A stretch of 64,000 nt of DNA from an uncultured bacterium. GTDB taxonomy: Bacteria; Babelota; Babeliae; Babelales; Babelaceae. The DNA lies in assembly GCA_963713855.1 (NCBI GenBank), contig OY970209.1, forward strand, positions 640,001-704,000, written 5' to 3'. Below, in pieces: positions 56,997 through 64,000 of this stretch. Within the stretch, counting starts at the first letter, position 1. The number at the start of each line of letters is the position of its first letter. Position numbers and translations under genes: made by a program. Under the pieces are notes generated by a model. The model did no database searches. It had not been told where the DNA came from and worked only from the letters and a program-made list of their open reading frames with translations.

Positions 56997-58286
56997 ATGA
57001 AAGCTACCATCAAACCTCAGGATTTTGTTTTTTGGTCTATGAGAGACGTTCTGCAGCCTTCCTTAAAGGGGCCGTTAACAGTTGATGTTGTTGTTGTAGG
57101 CGGTGGTATGGCGGGTATTAGTGCTGCTCAATCCTTTGCTCAACAAGGGGCATCCGTTGCCCTTCTTGAAAAAACATACTGTGGCGCCGGTGCAACGGGC
57201 AAAAGTTCTGGGTTTATCATTCCAAACACCGAGTTTTCGCTCGGCGATCTTATTCGTTTTTACGGGCCCAAAGATGCAGGAGTGTTGTGGAAGCTTGTCA
57301 CTGATGGCGTTGAGCATATTAGGTCAACTATAAAAACTCATAATCTTGGCTGCGATTACACGCAACAGGATGCATTTTTAGTTGCCACAAGTGAAAGAAG
57401 TGTGAGTTCTATTTTAAAGCCGGATCAAGCTGCCTATGACGAGTTGTCGTATAAAAGTACTTTATTAAGTCCCGATGAGCTTTTTGAGTATATACAATCC
57501 TCTACGTATTACGGCGGTATTCGCTATGAAAATACCTTTGGCATAAATGGCTACCGCTACTGCCAAGAGCTTAAAAAAGTGCTCATAAAGCAGGGTGTTC
57601 AAATATATGAAGAAACACCAGTTACTGAATTAACTGAGCACGGCGTAAAAACGACTGAAGGTGAAGTTAAAGCCCAACACGTTGTTGTGTGCCTTGATCG
57701 ATTTGTAACAGACTTAGGTAAACTGAAGCATGATATTTTCCATGTGCAGACCTTTTTAACGCTTACCGAGCCTTTATCCGACAGTCAGATTCACGCCATA
57801 TTTCCAAAAGGGCCTTGCATGGTCTGGGATACTAATACGATTTACAATTATTATCGATTGACCGCTGATAATCGCTTAATGGTAGGGGGAGCTGAACTTC
57901 TTTCCACCTATGCTTATAAAGAAAAACATAATAACTATCGTCAGGCTGCTAACCTTCATGCCTATATAAAACGCACATTCCCGCAGCTTTCTGTAGAGTT
58001 CTCCTATATATGGCCTGGTATGTTGGGTATCAGTAAAGATGTTATGCCAATCGCAAGCCAAGACAAGCATATGCCAAATGTCTTCTATGTCGGTGCAGCG
58101 ACAGGTCTTTCATGGGCCGCCGCGTTGGGAAGATACAGCGCCACACGAGTTTTAAAGCGAGACGATGACGTAGAAAGGCTCCTTTCTTATGAGCGTTTTT
58201 CTCGACTTAGTAGGATTGCTTCAATGATTTTTGGAGACCCTTTAACGTTTGCTTTAAATAATTTGCGCAGAGTTGGGACTCTTTAA
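56997..58286 (+). CDS. FAD-dependent oxidoreductase (DAO/PuuB-like)
   Basis: DVVVVGGGMAG, GAGATGKSSGF, IYEETPV, YYRLTADNRL, WPG. Confidence 0.92.
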   Translation: MKATIKPQDFVFWSMRDVLQPSLKGPLTVDVVVVGGGMAGISAAQSFAQQGASVALLEKTYCGAGATGKSSGFIIPNTEFSLGDLIRFYGPKDAGVLWKLVTDGVEHIRSTIKTHNLGCDYTQQDAFLVATSERSVSSILKPDQAAYDELSYKSTLLSPDELFEYIQSSTYYGGIRYENTFGINGYRYCQELKKVLIKQGVQIYEETPVTELTEHGVKTTEGEVKAQHVVVCLDRFVTDLGKLKHDIFHVQTFLTLTEPLSDSQIHAIFPKGPCMVWDTNTIYNYYRLTADNRLMVGGAELLSTYAYKEKHNNYRQAANLHAYIKRTFPQLSVEFSYIWPGMLGISKDVMPIASQDKHMPNVFYVGAATGLSWAAALGRYSATRVLKRDDDVERLLSYERFSRLSRIASMIFGDPLTFALNNLRRVGTL

Positions 58287-58377
58287 GCATCCGCTTTTCT
58301 AACTTCAAGTTAACGTAAAAAGTTTAATTGCTTTATCTCATTGGAACCTGCTAGAATGGCCAAAAGGGGGAAATAGT

Positions 58378-58992
58378 ATGAAATTGTTAAAAAGAAGCTT
58401 TGGGGGGCTTACCTGCCATGATTGCTTTCGCGTGGGTGTTTCTTTTTTGATTGGTCTTGGACTATTAGCGCTTTTATTAGTGCCTGCTTATTATTTTTTG
58501 CAACGAGCCCGCCGCGTTGAGGAGGCGTCCGTTGTAAGTACTGTTCAAAAGCTAGCTGCTCTTTTTACTAAAATTAACAAGGACGCGCACATTCTTGGTT
58601 TTGAGCTTGAAAAAACGCCTATTAACTTTCTCACTGTTCGCTCATTTGTAGGCTCTACCGTCGGATCGATGAGTCTTGAGTTTCCTGCAAAGTGGGCAGG
58701 GCCATATAGCCAAGAGACGCCAAAGATTCAGGACCACTACTACTATGTCCTTAAAAATGATCATGGCTATTACATTGTTCCTGGAGATGGTGTTGAGCTT
58801 GAAAAGGGAAAAACAATTGGAAAAGATATTGTCTTAGGTTCACATACACCTATTGAAGAGCTTCTACGCTCCGAGCCCGCGCTTTTGTATGAAGGACAAC
58901 CTCTTATTGTAAAACTTGCTTTAGAGCCCCAACGCACCGAGCTTATTGCCCGTCTTGAAGCGGAAGCATTTGGTACTTACGTCGCCGAATAG
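58378..58992 (+). CDS. Pilin/pseudopilin-like membrane protein
   Basis: N-terminal hydrophobic helix ending in P followed by RAR; W.GPY motif as in GspG-like proteins; canonical prepilin site not clear. Confidence 0.45.
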   Translation: MKLLKRSFGGLTCHDCFRVGVSFLIGLGLLALLLVPAYYFLQRARRVEEASVVSTVQKLAALFTKINKDAHILGFELEKTPINFLTVRSFVGSTVGSMSLEFPAKWAGPYSQETPKIQDHYYYVLKNDHGYYIVPGDGVELEKGKTIGKDIVLGSHTPIEELLRSEPALLYEGQPLIVKLALEPQRTELIARLEAEAFGTYVAE

Positions 58993-59480
58993 GTTCTTTC
59001 TCGAACATTGCTTTTCTTAAAGCCACTATGTAGGCGAACGCGAGTTTTTCCTTGAACAGTATCTATCATGAGCGTAGCAAGCTGTGTGGGCTTTTCGTAG
59101 GAGACAATGTATTCAACTGGGTTATTAAAAGAGAGAATAAGTTCCTCACGCCAGCCAAGGCGCTCCATTTCGCGTTTATAAAAACTGAGACACTCATCCG
59201 GTAAAAGCGGGGTCGTATACGCAAAAATGCAACCTGCACCATCAAGCGCTTCTCGCGTTTTTTGTGTGTCAGGGGTAATGCCAAGAGGGAGTGGAACGTC
59301 ACTCCACTTAGCTTCGCACATGCGTAACTCCCCTTTTTTTGCAAGCAAAGTGGGCTTTAAAACACGCGTGCGACACCGTGGAACACACCCCGATAGAATA
59401 AGCAGAGCCGCGTACCAAACTGCGTGCCGAGCTTTGTGCAAGAAATCACTCTGTAGCTTGAGTAGTCTTGTTTGCTTCAC
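58977..59480 (-). CDS. Putative lipoprotein
   Basis: Lipobox [21 protein letters not shown]. Confidence 0.6.
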   Translation of the reverse strand: MKQTRLLKLQSDFLHKARHAVWYAALLILSGCVPRCRTRVLKPTLLAKKGELRMCEAKWSDVPLPLGITPDTQKTREALDGAGCIFAYTTPLLPDECLSFYKREMERLGWREELILSFNNPVEYIVSYEKPTQLATLMIDTVQGKTRVRLHSGFKKSNVRERTYSAT

Positions 59481-59841
59481 TCGTCACCTTTTCTTGAATA
59501 CGCGCTGCTTTGCCAACGCGGTCGCGAAGGTAATAGAGTTTGGCTCTACGCACTTGTCCCTGTTTTACTAGACGGATGGCCTGAATTAGCGGTGAATACA
59601 GCGGAAAAATGCGCTCAACCGCTACAGCATGAGCGCTCATGCGGCGTACAGTGAATGTCGTAGAAACACCGCTTTTACGCATGGCTATGACATCGCCTTC
59701 GAACGTTTGAATACGGCTCTTATCGCCCTCAATAACTTTTTGTTCGACAGCTACTGTATCCCCAACCTTAAAATCGGGAAAATCTCGCTTTGGAAGGTCC
59801 ACGCTGTTAATTGTTTCTTTCGTGTGCTTGTTAGTTTTCAT
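59446..59841 (-). CDS. rplS: 50S ribosomal protein L19
   Basis: [34 protein letters not shown]. Confidence 0.97.
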   Translation of the reverse strand: MKTNKHTKETINSVDLPKRDFPDFKVGDTVAVEQKVIEGDKSRIQTFEGDVIAMRKSGVSTTFTVRRMSAHAVAVERIFPLYSPLIQAIRLVKQGQVRRAKLYYLRDRVGKAARIQEKVTSEANKTTQATE

Positions 59842-61174
59842 AGAAATCCTTTCGAGGAGCTTGATAAAAAGTTTTGATGTTATTGCCAAGCCAGCGGTCA
59901 AAAATAACCGCTGCCGCTGACCGGACCGATAAATGGTTAAATGGTGTAAAGCCTTGAATAGGTGGCAGCATAAACGTGCATTTTTCTAATAAGCTCGGCG
60001 CTAATCCGTGACCCGTGCCTAAAACAAATAAGACTGGTTGTTGCAGCTTCCAAACCGCAGATTGATCATGGTAGGTAATAGGGTTTTTGTGTTTATTATA
60101 TTCCTCTTTCCTCGCTGATGTAGCTATAAGAAGAGGTTCTTTGCCCTCGGCTTTTTGTATAGCTTCAATGACTTCCGATAACGTATGCGCAATTCTTACT
60201 TTGCTTACTGCTTCCTGCCTTTGCTTATTGTAGGCAGTACCTTCCGGAGACATCCAAAAATCAAGAAGGGTCGTAATAATTTTTTGCTGGTCAAGAAGCG
60301 GTGTTACAAGAAAATACTCTTTAAGTCCGTACGTAGAGGAAGCACGAGCAATATCATGAATGTCAATTGAGGTGACCGATGTTTCGCCCTCGCGACTATC
60401 CGGCAGCATAACTTGCGTATGCATAAGTGCAACATAATGAGGAGGTATCTCCTCAAGAACCAACTTTTTTTCATCGTGCGTTAAAACGTGACTCTTAAGC
60501 CAATCAAAGTGGTTCTTTAAGCTGTTTTGAACTGCTTCTTGCCGCCTCCACGCTTCAAGAGCTTTGTGATTGCCCGAGCGAAGGACCTCCGGAACTGCCC
60601 GGTCCTTCCAAACGACCGGCTCGGTATATTCTGGGTGATCAACAAGTGCTCGCGTGAATGAATCGTGCTCAACAGATTGAGCATCACCAACAACGCCCGG
60701 TATAAGACGAGCAAGGCCTTCTATAAGCATCATTGCGGGAAGGTCTCCTCCCATCAGAACTATATTGCCGACAGAAAGCGTTTTATCAGAGTAATACTCC
60801 TCAGCCCTTGCATCAATACCCTCATAGCGAGCAGGCATAAGCATAAGATGTTTATGCTTACAGAGCTTAGCATAGAGCTCTTTGAGCACGTCCTGGTCAA
60901 GTATTTGGCCTTGGGGAGAGAAAAATATTTTAAAAGCCGGACCATGTGCTGATTCCACGTGCTCAACCGCGCGTTCAATGACGTCAGGCTTTATGAGCAT
61001 GCCTGCTCCATGCCCGTACGTTGGTGCATCGATTCGCTGCTTTGATCCTTTAAAGTTTAAGAGGCTAGAAACCTCTATTTGAAGGAGGTTTTGCGCACGA
61101 GCGCGCCCGATAAGGCTTGCATCTAAAAAAGAAGTATAGAGCTCTGGAAAAAGCGTTACAACCGAGATAAACAT
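59831..61174 (-). CDS. trmD: tRNA (guanine37-N1)-methyltransferase fused to a second SPOUT (TM1570-like) domain
   Basis: [30 protein letters not shown]-terminal [13 protein letters not shown]...FVLGTGHGL...[16 protein letters not shown]. Confidence 0.93.
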   Translation of the reverse strand: MFISVVTLFPELYTSFLDASLIGRARAQNLLQIEVSSLLNFKGSKQRIDAPTYGHGAGMLIKPDVIERAVEHVESAHGPAFKIFFSPQGQILDQDVLKELYAKLCKHKHLMLMPARYEGIDARAEEYYSDKTLSVGNIVLMGGDLPAMMLIEGLARLIPGVVGDAQSVEHDSFTRALVDHPEYTEPVVWKDRAVPEVLRSGNHKALEAWRRQEAVQNSLKNHFDWLKSHVLTHDEKKLVLEEIPPHYVALMHTQVMLPDSREGETSVTSIDIHDIARASSTYGLKEYFLVTPLLDQQKIITTLLDFWMSPEGTAYNKQRQEAVSKVRIAHTLSEVIEAIQKAEGKEPLLIATSARKEEYNKHKNPITYHDQSAVWKLQQPVLFVLGTGHGLAPSLLEKCTFMLPPIQGFTPFNHLSVRSAAAVIFDRWLGNNIKTFYQAPRKDFYEN

Positions 61175-61404
61175 TATTCTGCGCTATCAACAACAAGGTC
61201 TATGGCTTCTGGAGATACAACTTGAACAATAGTGCGTAAAGCTTTAAAGGTTCTTCCTTCGCTACCTATGACGCGGCCCAGGTCTTGAGGCGCAACGCGG
61301 ACTTGTACGACTGCTTTTCCAGCAACATCTACTTGCTGAACAGTCACCTGGTTTGGTTTATCAACAAGCTTTTTAACCAAAAAAGTTATAAGAGTGGTAA
61401 TCAT
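61174..61404 (-). CDS. khpA: KH-domain RNA-binding protein
   Basis: LVDKP, DLGRVIG..GRT.KALR; follows rpsP. Confidence 0.9.
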   Translation of the reverse strand: MITTLITFLVKKLVDKPNQVTVQQVDVAGKAVVQVRVAPQDLGRVIGSEGRTFKALRTIVQVVSPEAIDLVVDSAE

Positions 61405-61406
61405 GA

Positions 61407-61655
61407 TTATGTAGCTTGTTGTTTGGTGTAAATCTTATAGATTCTTTTGACTGCATCGCTTATAATAGCACCTTTGGAAATCCAGGCATCTATACGCTCT
61501 TTATGAAACTGTATAACTTTTCCATCTACTGGGTTATACGTTCCAAGATCGTCAAGCGCTTTACCGTCACGCTTATTTCGCACATCCGTAGCCACGATGC
61601 GGTATACCGGGGCATTCTTGGTTCCTATGCGGGCAAATCTAATTTTCACTGCCAT
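61407..61655 (-). CDS. rpsP: 30S ribosomal protein S16
   Basis: MAVKIRFARIG, YRIV, RDGK, LGTYNP, W..KGA. Confidence 0.97.
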   Translation of the reverse strand: MAVKIRFARIGTKNAPVYRIVATDVRNKRDGKALDDLGTYNPVDGKVIQFHKERIDAWISKGAIISDAVKRIYKIYTKQQAT

Positions 61656-61684
61656 AATAACTATCCGTTCGTTTAATGGGTACT

Positions 61685-63016
61685 TTACTTAAAAAAGGAG
61701 CGAGCGCCCCCCATCTTCTTAAAAAGCTTAACAAATTGCTGACTTTGTTCAAACTTAGCTAATAATATGTCGATATCCGCCACTTTAACACCTGCCCCTT
61801 GCGCTATTCTACTTTTGCGGCCAGCATTAAGAACCTTGGGCTCAATGCGCTCTTTTCGCGTCATCGATCCTATAATAGCCTTAAACTTCTTAAGCTCAAC
61901 CTCACCTTTTTCGAGCATCTCCTGATTTATCGATAGTGAGCTGCTACCAGGTATATAGCGCATGAGTGATGAAAGTGATCCAAGGCCAGACATCATTGAA
62001 AGCTGATCGGCAAAGTCCTGTAGAGTGATCTTGCCCGATTCTAAAGCGGATGATAATTGAGCCTGTTTTTGGTTGTCAATCTTACTATTGGCTTTTTCGA
62101 CAAGGCTTAATATATCCCCCATATCAAGCATCCGGCCTGCAATCCGCTCAGGCTTAAAAAGCTCCAAATCTGCCGTTTTTTCACCAACGCCCATAAAACT
62201 AACGGGCTTTTTGAGCATATACCGGAAGGCGAATGCCGCACCTCCTCGAGCGTAACTATCCATTTTGGTCAAGATTGCTTCAGAAAAACCGACCATCTCT
62301 TCAAATGCTTGTGCAACCCTAATCGATTCTTGGCCTGTCATAGCATCAAGCACCAGGAAAGCATGCTCAGGAGCTACAATGCTCTTTATTTCTCCAAGCT
62401 CCTCCATGAGCTGCTGATCAACTTGTAAGCGGCCAGCCGTATCAAGAATAAGTACCTGATAGCCTTTTTCTTTACTATAGCGCACTATTTCTTCTGTAGC
62501 AGTTATCGGATCTTTTGATTCCGCTCTATAAAAATCGATGGAAGCATGCTTAGAAAGTGTTTCAAGTTGTTCGATCGCCGCTGGTCGGTAAAAATCTACT
62601 GAGGCTACAAGAATCTTGCACGGTTTTGTATCTTGAGCTTTAATGAATGCAGCAAGTTTGATTGCTGTCGTTGTTTTTCCAGAGCCTTGTAGGCCCATCA
62701 GCATAATTTTTATTGGCGTTTTGAATCTGTAAGTAGTCTCTTTGCCGACACTGCCGCCCAAAAAGTGTACCACTTTATCATAAACAAGCTTTGTAAGGTA
62801 CTCATCAGCCTTGAGCGTTTTTGTGATTGTTTGTCCGGTGATCTCTTTTTTAAGCTCTCCGACAAAGCTCTCGACCACTTGTAAAGGGACGTCTGCTTGT
62901 AGAAGAGCATCACGAACTGCATCAAAAGTCTTATTGACCGTCGCCTCAGTTAAACGAGTGCTTCCTTTTAGGGCAGAAAAAATGGAAGAAAATTTGTTGG
63001 AAAGAAAATCGAACAT
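61685..63016 (-). CDS. ffh: Signal recognition particle protein
   Basis: GLQGSGKTT, DTAGR, TKMD, ARGGAA, M-domain IIGSMT..ER. Confidence 0.97.
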   Translation of the reverse strand: MFDFLSNKFSSIFSALKGSTRLTEATVNKTFDAVRDALLQADVPLQVVESFVGELKKEITGQTITKTLKADEYLTKLVYDKVVHFLGGSVGKETTYRFKTPIKIMLMGLQGSGKTTTAIKLAAFIKAQDTKPCKILVASVDFYRPAAIEQLETLSKHASIDFYRAESKDPITATEEIVRYSKEKGYQVLILDTAGRLQVDQQLMEELGEIKSIVAPEHAFLVLDAMTGQESIRVAQAFEEMVGFSEAILTKMDSYARGGAAFAFRYMLKKPVSFMGVGEKTADLELFKPERIAGRMLDMGDILSLVEKANSKIDNQKQAQLSSALESGKITLQDFADQLSMMSGLGSLSSLMRYIPGSSSLSINQEMLEKGEVELKKFKAIIGSMTRKERIEPKVLNAGRKSRIAQGAGVKVADIDILLAKFEQSQQFVKLFKKMGGARSFFK

Positions 63017-63210
63017 ACAGCCTCTAGAGCCAATTTTGAAACATTTTCATTCAGTATAACATTAATTAGGTGCCAGAGCTACTGAAACAATATCATTTGC
63101 AATCCACGTTAGACTGTTTTTAGAGAAACGTTTTAAGAGGTCCAAATATTGACAATTTGAAATGATATAAGTTAATATAATTTAATATTAGGTCAAGATG
63201 ATGAGGGTAA

Positions 63211-64000
63211 ATGATGCTGAAAAAGCTTGTGGGCTTAATATTTCTGACGAGCGGATTCATGCTTTGGTCAATGGAAGGTCAGGATGACCAAGCTCAAGCT
63301 CTCCAAAAACTTCGTGACCAGAAATTATTTGATGCTATAGAAAAAGAGGATGAAAAAAGCGTCGTTGAAGCGATTGATGCCGGCGGCAACGTTAATGCCC
63401 AAATGGAAAACGGCGGTACGCCACTCATGGTGGCGTCCACACACGGGTTGTTGGCGTTAAGGCAGGGTCGTAAGCAAATCATTGAAATCCTCTTGGAGCG
63501 TGGAGCTAAGGTTGACGCTCTGGACACCGGTGGGTGGACCGCTTTGATATATGCACTTTTTTTTGGTCATTTTGGTGTAGCCGATTTTCTTATCAAACGT
63601 GGTGCTAGATCTACGGGATTCATGTTTAAGGAAAGTGATAAAGTTTTTAGAGCTCTTCAAACCAAATTTAATTTTTATCTTCACCGATCAGTTGTCGGAA
63701 GAAGATTAGATGGAGCTCAGGCAGCTCTCAATTTGGGTGCCGATATCAACGGATGGACCATTGGTGACGAAAGGCGCATGGACGCACCAATTGTAACGGC
63801 TGCTCAGTATCGATATATGCCTATGGTTGAACTTCTCGTAGAGCGTGGGGCGAATGTTAATAGTCAAAACCAGCTCGAGCAGTCAGCGCTTTCGTGGGCG
63901 AAATATCACGGAGATGTGCAACTGGTTATGTACCTGGTAGAGCATGGCGCTCAAGTCGAAGGCTTCAGCTTTTCATTTATTATCACAAAACCACTCTTAA
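63211..64000 (+). CDS. Secreted ankyrin-repeat protein (3' partial)
   Basis: Not in the ORF track because it runs off the end; hand translation MMLKKLVGLIFLTSGFMLWSMEGQ...GGTPLMVAS...LLERGAKVDALDTGGWTALIYA...LLVERGANVN. Confidence 0.88.
   Translation, partial: MMLKKLVGLIFLTSGFMLWSMEGQDDQAQALQKLRDQKLFDAIEKEDEKSVVEAIDAGGNVNAQMENGGTPLMVASTHGLLALRQGRKQIIEILLERGAKVDALDTGGWTALIYALFFGHFGVADFLIKRGARSTGFMFKESDKVFRALQTKFNFYLHRSVVGRRLDGAQAALNLGADINGWTIGDERRMDAPIVTAAQYRYMPMVELLVERGANVNSQNQLEQSALSWAKYHGDVQLVMYLVEHGAQVEGFSFSFIITKPLL

Noticed and set aside
63294..63684. Minus-strand ORFs 63294..63527 and 63457..63684
   Set aside because: Antisense to a clear plus-strand ankyrin gene starting at 63211

Overview
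AT-rich (roughly 40% GC by eye) bacterial window. Gene content (many signal-peptide-bearing ankyrin proteins, a TrmD-SPOUT fusion, a Cys-rich RpoB insert) suggests an intracellular protist-associated bacterium, most likely Babelota/Dependentiae (TM6); this is inference, not a database result. Two housekeeping blocks are present: tRNAs-rpmG-secE-nusG-rplKAJL-rpoBC-tRNA-Val-rpsO-pnp-rph-holA (4.8-21.4 kb) and ffh-rpsP-khpA-trmD-rplS (59.4-63.0 kb, minus strand). They flank a ~38 kb accessory region rich in exported, eukaryote-like proteins. These include five beta-propeller genes with exactly 7, 7, 7, 21 and 14 blades and a likely Cys clasp, three ankyrin/F-box-like/C-terminal-TM paralogues, two secreted HipA/PI-kinase-like paralogues, a candidate ADP-ribosyltransferase-ankyrin protein, a CVNH-like lectin, a membrane-anchored plant-type metallothionein, an EEP-histidine phosphatase fusion and a diadenylate cyclase homologue lacking its catalytic motifs. 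Seven frameshifts, three of them in rpoB/rpoC, look like long-read indel errors, so split genes should not be called pseudogenes without checking reads. No CRISPR array, rRNA, integrase or transposase was recognised.
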